DNA of 63,127 bases, filler included, from Octopus bimaculoides (GCF_001194135.2; 5 parts of 5 records of this genome joined end to end with filler, not necessarily neighbours in it); one strand, 5' to 3'. Counted from the whole stretch's first letter, positions 34,900-48,435 are shown. Numbers and translations: made by a program. The notes: generated by a model from the letters alone, not told the origin.

Positions 34900-35178
34900 C
34901 CAGTGCCGCCGAAATGGCTCCTCTGCAGGTGGCACGTAAAATGCACCATTTTGAGCATGGCCGTTGCCAGTACCACCTGACTGGCCTTCGTGTCGGTGGC
35001 ACGTAAAAACACCCACTACACTCTCGGAGTGGTTGGCGTTAGGAAGGGCATCCAGCTGTAGAAACCCTGCCAAATCAGATTGGAGCCTGGTGTAGCCATC
35101 TGGTTTCACCAGTCCTCAGTCAAATCGTCCAACCCATGCTAGCATGGAAAGCAGACGTTAAATGATGATGATGATGAT
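34900..35178 (+). mobile_element. Repeat family C (5'-truncated RTE 3' UTR, or an RTE-tailed SINE)
   Basis: GGCACGTAAAA.CACCC.CTACACTCTCGGAGTGGTTGGCGTTAGGAAGGGCATCC...GCATGGAAAGC.GACGTTAAA(TGA)n. Copies at ~1-140, 165-375, 2487-2652, 14170-14420, 31830-32180, 35790-35968, 36170-36345, 38235-38413. Confidence 0.85.
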
Positions 35179-35394
35179 TATCCAAATATCAACTTTATCT
35201 TTCTACTGAAGTAACAGGAAATGACTATTTTGGCACAGCCAATTTAGGTGCCATTGAATTGATGTTGACTTATTGACAACAGACGTTTTAATGTTTCTTT
35301 TGTTCCCTCACTCCTTCTCTCACATTCTCTCATTATGTGTGAGCACATTTCCCTATGTGTGAGAGGAGAGGGAAAGTGTTTATGTTGATTGCCT

Positions 35395-35790
35395 TCAATT
35401 TATCTTTTACTCATTTCAATCATTCGACTGTGGCCATGCTGGGGCACTGCCTTGAAGCATTTTTAGTTAACGAATCAACCCCAGTGCCCCACCCCTTTTT
35501 CTTTTTTGATCTGGAACTTATTTCATTAGTTGTTTTTGCTGAACAGCTAAGTTACAGGAACTTAAACACATCCACACTGGTTGCCAAGCAGGAAAGAGGA
35601 AGGCAAACACACACACACACGTATACACACACATATGATGAGCTTCTTTCAGTTTCCATCTACCAAATCCACTCACAAGCCTTTGGTCTGCCTGAGGCTA
35701 CAGTAGAAGACTTTGACCAAGGTACCATGCAGTGAGACTGAACCCAGAATCATGCAGTTGAGAAGCTCCTTACCACACAACCACACCTGC
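35395..35790 (-). mobile_element. SINE family A copy
   Basis: Colinear with 12792-13241. Confidence 0.8.
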
Positions 35791-35984
35791 ATCATCATTG
35801 CTTAACGTCTGTTTCCATGCTGGCATGGATTGGATGGTTTGACTGGGGATTGGCAAGCCTGGAGACTGCACCAAGCTCCAATCTGATCTGGCAATGTTTC
35901 TACAGCTGGATACCCTTCCTAATGCCAACCACTCAGAGTGTAGTAGGTGCTTTTTACGTGCCGCCAACATGGGGCAAAATGCAT

Positions 35985-36168
35985 AGCGGTATTTCGTCTG
36001 CCGTTATGTTCTGAGTTCAAATTCCGCTGAGGTCAACTTTGCCTTTCATCCTTTCAGTGTTGATTAAATAAGTACCAGTTATGCACTGGGGTCGATGTAA
36101 TCGACTTAATCCCTTTGTCTGTCCTTGTTTGTCCCCTCTATGTTTAGCCCCTTGTGGGAAATGAAGAA
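35985..36168 (+). mobile_element. SINE family B copy
   Basis: High similarity to 13720-13918. Confidence 0.8.
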
Positions 36169-37105
36169 ATAACTGGCACATTTTTACGTGCTCCCAGCAC
36201 AGGAGCCAGTCAGAGCGGCAGGGCCACGTTTGGATGGTATTTTTTACATGCCACCGGGACGGGGTGCCAGTCAGGCGGTTCTGGCAATGATCCATGCATG
36301 AATGGTGCTTATTGCATACCACCAGCATGGGAGCATCTATGTAAATAATAAATTGTAACGTCTATCTCTTCCACTCTTCTATTTGTATTTGTATATTTCT
36401 GCACATGAGTGCATGCATATGGTGCGTGATGATGACGATGATGATGATGACAGTAAATAGATAATTCTGAGTTACCGGATTAAGAATGAGAAATGAAAAT
36501 GAATGAAAGAAAGAAAGAAATACAAACCCCAGAGTTCTTTATTTGTGCGTATATCAGCAGGAACTTCTTGGTCTGCATACATATCACTGAAGTATAGTTC
36601 GCCGCCTTCCTAACAGTTCAGAGATGAATAATTTAAAAATCATTTGTTACAACAGCAAACAAAAATGTACCAATGCATTACAATGAAAAACCAAAATCAA
36701 TAATACATGAAACTGGTTATAAGATCATATATAATCTGACCTGACATCTCCATACAGGAGTGAAACTGATGGTTATTGTGAGGTATTGAATTTTCCTATT
36801 CCAGTAATAAATCATTACTTTAGAATACTTTTTTTCTATTTTGCTTCCCAATGATATGGTTTTGAGTTTAATCCCATTACATGACAACTTGAGCAAGTGT
36901 TTTCTACTATAGCCTCAGATCAGTCAAAACTTTGTGAACGGATTAGAGTAGAGGAAAACTAAAAGAAGCCCATTATATATATGTATAAATATATTCAATA
37001 ATAGGATAAGATCTTTTACAAGAACTAGCGTGAAAAAAACTTCATAAGGGAAAAAATCCATCCAATTCTTCCCTAGAGTATAATTATTTATATTTATATA
37101 TATAT

Positions 37106-37206
37106 AAGGGCATTACTATGCAATAATTGCCTCACGCTAAACTACAATAATAAACAGTAATAATATGGTAGTTTAGCGTGAGGCATTATTGTATAGCAAT
37201 GCCCTT
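37106..37206. mobile_element. 101-bp hairpin MITE-like element within (TA)n
   Basis: ~40-bp inverted arms AAGGGCATT...AAACTAC / GTAGTTT...AATGCCCTT, 22-nt spacer, flanked by TA repeats. Confidence 0.7.
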
Positions 37207-38414
37207 ATATATATATATATAAATATGTATAAATATATATAAATATAAGATCCAAGGATCAAGGTGTAGGAAGAAAGTAAGCTTCGAGCAATCTGTAGTA
37301 AATATAAAAAAAAACAACTTTCAGGAACAAAAGTGGTTTATTGAGATGGAAGATTGTAGATTTTTTTCGTGTCAAAGTATGATAAATTGAAAAAAGTTCT
37401 TTTTTTTATATTTTGCGGGAGGCAACCAGGGCTGCTGGGTATGCGAATAAAAACACAAGAGTAAAGGTATGGAATAGATAAGATCTGGGCTACATATTTT
37501 TCATAGCGATTGGAACCCCAGAAGTGGTAAATATTCGAGTGAAGTGTATATTGCAGGCTAATCTTCAGGTCAAGGATATCTTGTTTAATGGAAGTTTATA
37601 TTGTCATAAGGAGGTAATGTTAACGCATGGAAGATTCAATCAGAATGTGTAGAGAGCACAGTTGGAGCGGAGAATATGAATGTAGGGAGAAATGAGGATT
37701 AAAAGAAGGAAAAAGAAAAAAAAACAAGGGAATGAGAAGAAGGAGGAATTTAAGCAAGGTCATTTGACTGGTACTATTCAATAGGGCTAGTTTGGCTGAA
37801 TCACAGAAATTAACAAGGCGGGTGGTATTTGAAAAAAAAAAAAAGATAATGTGGAGGGGAGAGGGTGGGGAAATATTTTTGGTCAAGGGGGAGAAAAAGG
37901 TATGCATGAAGAGAGCAAGAATCATGGTGGCTACTATTAGTAATCGTCTAAGGAGTGTATATTGTGTGTGGTGAGCATGCTTACAGTATGAAGTAGTAGA
38001 GGTGTACGTGAGTATATGTGCTTGTAAGTTTCCAAGGAGGAGTAGGAGGGACAGAGCAAGTGAAATAAGAGAAAATTTTTTTTACAAATGGTAAGGAAAG
38101 ATACAGAGAGAAGTATGGAGTGACAAAAACGAATTGAAAGGAAGATATATAGTTGGTTTAATATATAATGGTAGTGAGGGTAAATAAGAGGGAAAATTTA
38201 TGAAGGTTAGGGGAAAAAGGCATGGTAGGGTTAGGCCTTCGTGCCGGTGGCATGTAAAAGCACCCACTACAATCTCGGAGTGGTTGGCGTTAGGAAAGGC
38301 ATCCAACTGTAGAAACTCTGCCAAATCAGATTGGAGCCTGGTGTAGCCATCTGGTTCACCACTCCTCAGTCAAATCGTCCAACCCATGCTAGCATGGAAA
38401 GCGGACGTTAAATG

Positions 38415-39150
38415 ATGCTTGCAGGTAAAAATTATGCTGCTGCGTTCATTAAGACAATCCATGGATTGCAAAATAGCTAAGACCTCAGCTAGGCAGAGAT
38501 CACACTTATTATAGCAGCTGTATAGTTTGGCGCAGGTGACTATGGACCACTTGAGAGTGTAAGGAGTTGAATCAATCTTTAGTTTATTGATAAGCTGAGA
38601 TAACGATGTACTGTTGGATTTTGTTTCGAACTTGAAACTGGAGTAGTGGTTGCTCACTCTAGCTTTGAAGGTTGCGCTGCATGACCCAATATGTATGTAG
38701 TTGGCAGCTGATATTGTACACTTGTAAACTATGTTTTTTGTGAGATAGCGGTTATCTAAAGAACAAGAGGTTGGGTGTCTGAAGTTGCATAGGTTTAGTG
38801 GGGGTGTTCCAGATGAACTTGTGAGGGGATTGTTATTTAGTTAGGAACCGGTACTAGGTTCGTTATTATAGCTGGCATTAAGATTAATATTTGTTAGGGA
38901 GTTGAGGGTGGTGTTGTGGGGTTGTATACTATGAAAATTATCGTGCCTGGTGGTATTGTGTGTATCATTCCCTATTTTTACAAGCAGTATAGTTGGGTGT
39001 TGTGGCAAATTTAAGGACCAGATGTTAGTAGTGGAATCATAGTTGGAATAATGAGGGTTAGTGTAGTTAAGGGGGTCAGTTGGTGTTTTTGGGGTTTATA
39101 TGTATGGAGCTAGGAGTTATGCTGAGTTAAGTTATTAGGATACCATTCCA
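38415..39150 (-). mobile_element. Penelope-like element 3' part (GIY-YIG-associated C-terminus)
   Basis: STSLSQLINKLK....YTLKWSIV..AKLYSCYNKCDLCLAE...LNERS...CKH. Confidence 0.75.
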
Positions 39151-39345
39151 TCTATGTGGTATCAGAGGATGTGCAGATTAGTTACGGTTCGATTCAGTCC
39201 ATTACCACTGAAGGTTTGGGCATGAGATGGACGTCTGCCAAGTTTGCACTAAAACTGCTTTCAGCTAACCAAAAAGACACTCAGGTTTCAGTTGCACAAA
39301 ATCTACTTGATTGTATCGAGAAAGATGAAAACTTTTTGAATAATT
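39150..39345 (+). mobile_element. Mariner transposase fragment
   Basis: ISYGSIQSITTEGLGMRWTSAKFALKLLS..QK (WVPK-region homology). Confidence 0.7.
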
Positions 39346-40089
39346 TGCATAGGCCTCAGAGCAGGTACCACCAAGCTGTTATCAAAATTTGATGCAGATT
39401 CTCTGCTCAATTTTCTCTGTCATGGTCAATGTGATAATCACACGCTACACACCTCCCTTCCAAGCACTGCTGTACACAGCGGAAGTGAGCTTGAATGTTA
39501 AAACTTAGTGCACATGCAGAGCAGAGTTCAAGGTCAGTCTGTGCTCAGTGGCTTCACTCTGCATACTTTAGCTTCATTACTCTGGCAACAGTCCGGATAC
39601 TTATTGATGAGACCATGTATACACATCTTTTGTCTTTTACTTGCTTCAGTCATTGGACTACAGCCATGCTAAGGCACTGCCTTGAGGAATTTAGTTGAGC
39701 AAATCAACCTTAGTACTTATGTTTTTTTAAACCTGGTACTTATTCTATTGGTCTCTGGCAAAACTGCTAAGTTAAGGACACACACACACACACATATATA
39801 TATACATACATTCGCTGCTTTCTTCAAAGGAATCTAATGTTCTTAGCTTAGTTTTTCCTTGAGACTGGCCAGATTGGAGCAATATCGAGAATAACCAGCC
39901 GAAATTGCAAAGATAATCTGGATCTCGACTGAGGAAAGAAAACACCAAATGACCTGTCCTTGTTTTCTTTGTATCGTCTATCTTGTCCCTTTCTTGTATC
40001 ACCTAACTGTCTGGATGTTTTGCGTTCTTGTCCCATTTTGTATTATATATATATATACATACATACATACATATAATTATGTATGTATG

Positions 40090-40900
40090 TATGTATGTAT
40101 CATCATCATCGTTTAACGTCCACTTTCCATACTGGCATGGGCTGGACAGTTTGACTGAAAACTGGCAAGCTGGGAGGCTACACCAGGCTCCAATCTGATT
40201 TGGCAACGTTTCTACAGCTGGATGCCCTTCCTAACACCAACCACTCTGAGAGTGTAGTAGGTGCTTTTGCATTCCACTGGCACGGGAGCCAGTCAGGCAG
40301 CACTGGTATTGACCAGGCTCAAACAGTGTTTTTTACGTGCCAGTCAGGCAGCAGTGATATCGGCCACGCTCAAATGGTTCTTTTTGTGTACCACTGTCAT
40401 GGATGCCAGTCAAGTGGCACTGGCATCAGTCACACACAAATGGTGCATTTTACGTGCCACCAGCATGGGTGGAAGTCAGGCAACATTGGCATTAGCCACG
40501 ACTGAATGGTGCATTTTACGTGCCAGTCAGGTGGCACTGGAGTCGGCCATGCTCAAATGGTGCTTTTACGTGCCACCGGCATGAAAGCCACTCAGGTAAC
40601 ACTGTCATCAGCCAAAACTACACTTTCATTTGGTCCAACAGGTCTTGACAAGCACAGTATATTGCCCAACGGTTGTAGGGTGCTTTTTGAAATGAGCCAG
40701 TTATGCGACACTGGCATCGGCCCCGACTACGATCTCACTTGGCTTGCTGGGTCTTCTCAAGCATGGCATATCTCCAAAGGTCCCGGTTATTGCCTCAGTG
40801 ATGCCCAACATTCAAAAGTCATGCTTCACAACCCCATCCCATGTCTACTTGGGTCTGCCTCTTCCACAGGTTCCCTCCACTTTTAGTGTATTACACTTCT
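40090..40900 (-). mobile_element. RTE LINE 3' end: ORF2 terminus, 3' UTR with tandem subrepeats, and (ATG)n tail
   Basis: VKKCNTLKVEGTCGRGRPK.TWDGVVKHDF, contiguous with repeat family C sequence ending AACGATGATGATG. Confidence 0.85.
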
Positions 40901-40901
40901 T

Positions 40902-40940
<39 letters not shown>

Positions 40941-41153
40941 TGTATATTGGGGATGGTCATATGGTCATTTTATTTTTATTTTTTCTTTGCCAATAAATAC
41001 ACGCACTATTTATTTGATCTTCACTTTGACTTAACACATAGACACACACAGGTNNNNNNNNNNNNNNNNNNNNNNNNNNNNNNNNNNNNNNNNNNNNTTA
41101 ATTAATTAANNNNNNNNNNNNNNNNNNNNNNNNNNNNNNNNNNNNNNNNNNNN

Positions 41154-41700
41154 AAAAGCCTCACCAACCTGCTCGGACGCTTTCCACTGTCTAACAGATA
41201 TCGACTAGGCAATCCGAACGTGCCTCGAGGGGGTGCAAAAGCCTCACCAACCTGCTCGGACGCCTTCCACTGTCTAACAAATATCGACTAGACAATCCGA
41301 ACGTGCCTCGAGGGGGTGCAAAAGCCTCACCAACCTGCTCGGACGCTTTCCACTGTCTAACAGATATCGACTAGACAATCCGAACGTGCCAATGTGGACT
41401 TGGACAAATCGCATCGCGTCGTCCAGATCGTACTTAGAAACTCTAGGAAAATCAGTCTGTTTGGGAGAACTTCGGGCCGGGGCCCATGGATAACTCCCAA
41501 AAGTCTTTCGCCTGGCAGTGCTACCGAGGGGCGCTGCCTGTTCGGGATAAACTTCACAGGCACAGAAGTGCTGTCATCCGGGCCTGCCCGAGGTGCGTGC
41601 AGAGCGATGAAACCGTTCTGCACGCACTCGTCCAGTATTCGAGTATTGCTGACCTGTGGATTTATGTCGAACAGCTGCTGTCGCGTGTAGGACGGATCCG
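41154..41700 (+). mobile_element. Tx1/L1-like LINE ORF2 fragment (zf-RVT region) with an 83-bp tandem triplication at its 5' side
   Basis: FAWQCYRGALPVRDKL...CPRCVQSDETVLHALV. Repeat units start at 41154, 41237 and 41320. Confidence 0.8.
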
Positions 41701-42359
41701 GCTTTACCATTCATCCTTTCGGAGTCGATAATAGAAGTACCAGTTGAGCAATGGATTCAATGTAATCGACTATCCCACTCTCCCCAAAATTTCAAGCCTT
41801 GTGCCTTCAGAAGGAAGGATTATCATTATTGTTGTTGTTGTTGCTATAGTTGATAGTTGTTATTGTGGAGCTGTTGTTGGTGGTGTTGGAAGTAGTGGTT
41901 GTGATGACAGCAGTCGTAGCAAGGACAGCATCTGACTGTAGCGGAGGAGTTAGTATCGGCGGCGGCGGCGGTGGTGACGGTGGTGGCGTTGGCGGTGATG
42001 TTGTTGGCGGTGGTGCTGGTGGCGATGGTGCTGGTGGTGTGTGTATGATGGTGTTGGTGATGGCGGTGGTGGTGCTGACGAAACCGTTGGTGTTAGCAGT
42101 AGTGTTTGTTAGCTGTGGCCTAGGTTCTGGCCGGGGCGGGTGTGTGTGTAATATTGGTGATGGTAGTGGTGGTGTTGTGAATGGTATTGGTGTTGAAGGT
42201 ATTGATGATGGAGGCCGTTGAGGTTAACATGAAGTCCGTGGTGGTGGTGGTGGTGGTGGTGGTCATACGGTGTTTGCATTGTACTCAAGTTCCGCTCTTG
42301 TGCTCGTACCGGTTTCATCATTTACATCTCATCTTACCCAGAAATATTTATTTCAAATT

Positions 42360-42730
42360 TTGGCACACAGCCAGCAATTTCGGGGTGGGTGGAAGGCGTT
42401 AAATCATTACATTGATCCCAGTGTTCAACTGGAACTTATTTTATCGACGCCCGAAAGGACAAAAGGAGGAATTAGAACTTAGAACGCAAAGACGAACGAA
42501 ATGGCGTTAAGCATTTTGCTCGGCGCGCTAACGTTTCTGCCAGCTCGCCACCTTCATCTGAAACATTGGTTTCAAATTTTGCCACAAGGTCAGACACAAA
42601 GTCAGAAATTTCGTGGGGAGGGGTTAAGTCGTTTACATTGACCCCAGGGGTCAACCGTTACTTATTTTATCAATACCGAAAGGATGGAAAGCAAAGTCGA
42701 CCTTGGCGGAATTTGAACACAGAACGTAAA
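42360..42730 (-). mobile_element. Two adjacent SINE family B copies
   Basis: Two successive reverse-strand matches to family B. Confidence 0.75.
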
Positions 42731-43959
42731 AACCAGCAAAATCTCCCCCTCCCCAAATCACCCAATTCCTTTTCCCTTTGCCCTTTCATTCTTAACCCCC
42801 ACCCCACCTCCACTGTTCGTCCTTGTCATACTTCTAACAGCTTCAACGCCACCACCAACTAAACTAACCAATACCACCAGAATCCTCCTCCCCTCCTTCT
42901 CTTCTTCTTCTTCCTCCTCCTCCTCCTCCTCATCATCATCATCATCGTCATCATTGTCATTAAAATCATCAACTCTACCCACCACCACCACCACCACCAT
43001 CACCATCACCACCACAGCACCACCACCACCACCACCACAAACAACAACAACACCACTACCACCGACAACATATATATTCAGTCCAGATCACCATGTTGGT
43101 TATATGATGTAATTGTGGGATTAAGTTTGATGGTAACACGATGGGATTATGTTTCTATGAAATAATGTCAGCAGAGCTATTGTACGTAATATGATGTAGA
43201 GCAGCTGCCACCTGGTTCTAGCCTAGGGTTTTGCTAACGCACTCATGTATGTATGTCTACGTGTTTGGATATAGAAATAAAATATGTGGGCGTGGCTGTG
43301 CGGTAAGAAATTTGCTTCCCAATCGCATGGTCCCGAGTTCAGTCCCTCTGTGTAGTACCTTAGACAACTGTCTTTTTTCTATAGCCTCAGGTCGATCAAA
43401 GCTTTGTGAGAGGTTTTCCTAGAAGCGAATTAGAAGCCTGTTGTATATATGTATATATATGCAAAGGTATTCACGGTAGACTTAGCCTGAAGAACAGTTT
43501 GCGGTCTACCCATCGTTTGGGTAATTACTACTTCCGAGGTTCCACTAGCTACGAAACATGTAGCCTGGATTTTATCTACTCCATTCTCTAATTTTATGTA
43601 TGTGCGCGCGTGCGCGCGCGTGTGTGTGTGTGTGGAGGCGCGTGACTTAGTAGTTAGGGTGTCAGCATCATGATCGTGAGATTGTGGTTTCGATTCCTGG
43701 ACCGGGCGACGCGTTGTGTTCTTGAGCAAAACACTTCGTTTCACGTTGCTCCAGTCCACTCAGCTGACAAAAATGAGAAACGCTGCGATGGACTGGCGTT
43801 TCGACCAGCTGGGGAATGCCTAGACCATTGAGACCGGAAAACCGGGCCCATGAGCCTGGGTAGGCTTTAAAAGGGCCATGTGTGAGAATGTATCTTCCTA
43901 AATAACTTAATAGCCCTGTCTCCCCATCGATCAAAAAGCGATAGAACACATTTTATGTT

Positions 43960-44355
43960 TTAACTTTTACTTATTTCAGTCATTAGACTGCGGCCACGCT
44001 GGGGCACCACCGTGAAGAATAGTTTGTCTAATGAATCGACCCCAGTAAGCCGGATACTTATTCTATCTGCCTCTTTTGCCGCTGGAACGCAAAGCAACGG
44101 CGACATAAACACACTAGCACCGGTTAACAAGAGGTGACGTGGGACAAACCTAAGCAGAAAGACACACACACACACACACACATATATATACGGTCGGCTC
44201 CTTCCAGATTCCACTTATCAATTCCACTCACGAGGCTTTGGTCGGCCCCGGGGCTATAGCACGAGACTCTTGCCCAAGTTGCCACACAGTGGGACTGATC
44301 TCGGAACCATGCGGTTGGAAAGAATACTTTTGACCACACAACCACGCCTGCGTCT
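43960..44355 (-). mobile_element. SINE family A copy
   Basis: Colinear with 12792-13241. Confidence 0.8.
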
Positions 44356-44881
44356 AAGTTTTTACGTCTTTTAACGCCTTGGCGTTTATAGCAGTTTCTC
44401 TGACCTCGCATTAAAAATAACTCATCTATATATTTATATAAAAATTGGGTGTAAGAAATACATACAAAATAGGTTTATTTTTCTTCCTATAATGACTCAT
44501 TTATACAAAATAACTTCGAAATTTCATTAAAAAAAAACAGAAGCAGAAAAACCAAAGACATTGAACAGCTACATATACAAAACACAACTAATTTATGATC
44601 ATATTCCACGCTGTAACGCAAACTTAGTCATTTACAACCAGTGTCTAAAACTTCGAAATATAGCTAGTAAATTTTCGCAGGTTTCGTTTTTCATTTATGA
44701 AAGATTTATTTTGTTAGTATATTAGAATGGAAAAACAGAGATTACCCTACATTAACCCAACTGAACAGATGATGACGAAACTTCAAATGGAAGTGTAGAT
44801 ATGTAATATCCAGCTATTAGTAAAAATAAATAGATTCCGGAAGTTTAACAAAGCGGTTTCTTTCGCTTTAAATTATATGTA

Positions 44882-45375
44882 TTAGGTAATCCCATAAATA
44901 ATGCGGTTTTTTCCAATTGCATGAACTAAAAATCGGAGGAGGATATGATAAACAACCTTCATTAACTTGCTGTAAAAACAGGTAGTAATTTTACCTTGTG
45001 CTTAATCTTAGTGCATGTTTTGAAGAGTGCAGTTCGATTTTAACAGTTATTTTTTTCAAAGCTATAATGCGAGTGACAAAGGAGCACGTTCGGCATATTT
45101 TGCTCTATGAGTTCAATGAAGGAAACAGCGCAACGGAAAGTGTGAGGAATAGTAATGCAGTATATAGGGATCAGACAATAAGTGTAAGCCAGTGTCAATA
45201 GTGGTTCCGGAAATTCCAAGCCGGAAACTACAGCCTAGAAAACGAGCCTCATCTTGGAAGATCTGCAGAGCTCGACAAGGATGTCCAGCAAACACTGGTG
45301 GAACAAAATCCCATCGTAACTGCTGAGGAACTAGCAGAAAAGCTTGGATTTGGTCATTCAACCAGTCATTCAAAT
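44882..45375 (+). mobile_element. Mos1-like mariner remnant
   Basis: TIR-like TTAGGTAATCCCATAAATAATGCGG. HVRHILLYEFNEGNSATE...WFRKFQAGNYSLENEPHLGR. Confidence 0.85.
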
Positions 45376-46203
45376 CAGCGCTAGAAGAAAAACGACTATC
45401 TTTCGTTTCAAGACGAAAGGTGTTCCTCCATCAGGAGGTATATATATGTATATGTGTGTATTTGTATATGTATATTTATATATATATGTATATATATATA
45501 TATNNNNNNNNNNATATATATATATATATATATATAGACAAACATACACCCATACATACATATTCATGTGTGCATATGTGAGTGTGCGTCTGCAGACGGT
45601 TTTCACCAGCCCTACCCTTCCCTAAGCAGTCAGGACACTGTTTACACGTCTGTGACGAGCCGTCTATTTATTTACTGGTCATTATATATGTCACTCTATC
45701 TCGAGAAGTCTATATTTCCCCGATTTCTTGCATAACTGTACCACCGGCCCGCTCGCATATCCGTCCGCCAGCCCGTTAGCCTGCAAGCCAGCTAGCCCGC
45801 CAGCGAGTCAGACCACCAATGTATCTTGCGTGCTTGGTGTATGTATGCATGTAAGTATGTATATATGTATGTATGTATGCATGTATGCATGTATGTGTAG
45901 TGTCAGTTTATTTTCTCGTCTGTCCTCTATGTCTGTGTTTGGTTGCATGCATGTGGTTTATGTGTGCCTGTGTATGTATGTATGTATGTATGTATGTATT
46001 GTGCCAATAAGTGTGTGCGTGTGTATGTGTATCTGACGTACAGTCTATGTCTATATAAATCTGTCAGCTTGTGTACTCATGTAACTACAACTGTTTGTAT
46101 AAGATAGGTAAGACGTCTGGAAATGCTGGTTTTTTTGTCTATGTGTCTACACACGCGCACGTAGATATAGAAAATGTATAAATGTATAAACATACATACA
46201 CAC

Positions 46204-46245
<42 letters not shown>

Positions 46246-46724
46246 NNNNNNNNNNNNNNNNNNNNNNNNNNNNNNNNNNNNNNNNNNNNNNNNNNNNNNN
46301 NNNNNNNNNNNNNNNNNNNNNNNNNNNNNNNNNNNNNNNNNNNNNNNNNNNNNNNNNNNNNNNNNNNNNNNNNNNNNNNNNNNNNNNNNNNNNNNNTATA
46401 AAACACATAATAAATGAGTATATGCATATATAAGTATGTGCATACCTACATCTACTTGTATATATAGGTGCATATCTGGGTACAGGACGTTGCAAATAAA
46501 ACGTAGACAAAAAATAATAATAACCAGAGTACAGAAAACACACAGGCCACATAGAGAACATTTTCCTTCATCAGCTGCCCAGTGGTGGTCGTATCGAATA
46601 AATGTGGTAGTGTCATAATTGTGTTTCCCTTACCATTGCATTGTAACACTCGGACCCGAAACATAAGAAAACTGAAAAAAGTTGGTTGCCTTAATTTTGG
46701 GACACCTTGTATATATATACATAT

Positions 46725-47350
46725 TCCAGATGGTTTCTGAGAACCTTCAGAACAAGGGACCAGCAAACTATGCTGGTTCTGTGGAGGACATTTGTACTCA
46801 GTCATCTAGGTTATTGCTCTCAACTTTCGTCACAGCACAGTATTAAATTAGTAGCGGAAATTGAAACAATTCAGTGGTGCTACATCTGGAAGATTGCATC
46901 AGTGGAACTGAAAGAGCTACGACGCTACTACCTCGAGCGAAAACGGGAGATGTATGCCGTGTAATACGTATGGAAGATCTTGGAGGGGTCGGCCCCAACT
47001 TTTGGTATCAAGAACTATGCTAACCCCAGAATTGGACGGCACTGCACTATTCTCAAGGTCCCAGCTATGTAGAAAGAAGACCATATACTGCAGCAGCCTT
47101 GGTATCAAGTGCCCACAGCTATTAATTTCACGGAGCAGTGGCAAAGTTTTTCAAGAAACAACCTGATCTACTGTCTAAGGTCCCAGAGGAACCGATATAA
47201 TACGGCAAGAAACTAAAATAAGGGCAGCTGTGTCCAACTCCCTCCTTCAACAAAAGCCAATCACATGAGAATGGCTACAGAAGAGGTGATTACACTGGTG
47301 GTGCTCCAGCATGGCTACAACCTTTGGGCTGGAACAGATAAAACAATAAA
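46725..47350 (+). mobile_element. CR1-like LINE 3' remnant
   Basis: WFLRTFRTRD..TMLVLWRTFVLSHLGYCSQL...LERKREMY..YVWKILEG. Tail GGTGGTGCTCCAGCATGGC. Confidence 0.85.
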
Positions 47351-47549
47351 AGGAATATACGTACTTACGTTTGATGTCTTGCAAACATCAAACGTAATAC
47401 GTATATTCCTTACGTTTGTACTTATGTACGTATGCATACATGTAATGTTGGTGCCCCGGCAGGGCCACAGCGAACTGGCTTAAACCAGTTAAAGGGTTGA
47501 GGGCTATGCGTGCTTGTTTCTATCTCTGTATTTGTACACGTGTGTGCGT

Positions 47550-47848
47550 TTGCGTTGGGTGTGCGTGTATGTGTGTGTGTGTGAGTGTATGTGCGTATGT
47601 GTACGCGCACGTGAGTTTGTGTGTGTGTGTGTGTGTGTATGTGCGCATGTGTATGTGTGAGTACGTATAAAACGTGGTTTCTAATAGGACATGTGACCTT
47701 TTGATGAGATAACAAAAATTCCTATAGATAAAACCAATAGAAGACTGAAGAATTTTTTTGTCTCTCTACATACGCGCATGTGCGCGCACACACATACATT
47801 CACTTATACACATTATTGGATTATGAATATAACTGAGGACAAAAGTAT

Positions 47849-47880
<32 letters not shown>

Positions 47881-47885
47881 ACACA

Positions 47886-47957
<72 letters not shown>

Positions 47958-48069
47958 CACTCACGCAGATTATTTTGTTCTGTGTATACTATTGCGCACA
48001 CATGTATATATGCGAACATATAAACCCATGTACAAATCTATCTGTACATCTGGCTGTAACTCTATCTAT

Positions 48070-48121
<52 letters not shown>

Positions 48122-48200
48122 ATGTTTTCTTCGTATGTCATCTACGGATTTTGCGCTTTCGCTCTTACATATACATACATGCATACATACATACATACAT

Positions 48201-48283
<83 letters not shown>

Positions 48284-48404
48284 TACATATGTATGTATAT
48301 ATATATATATATACATGTATTTATGTAGACACATATATATAATAAAAAATGCATACACATATATTGTATATTAGCATCCTTGTGCGTTTACGCACATAGG
48401 CTCG

Positions 48405-48435
<31 letters not shown>

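Noticed and set aside
41850-42221. Gly/Val-rich 123-aa ORF
   Set aside because: Translation of (GGT/GGC)n low-complexity DNA.
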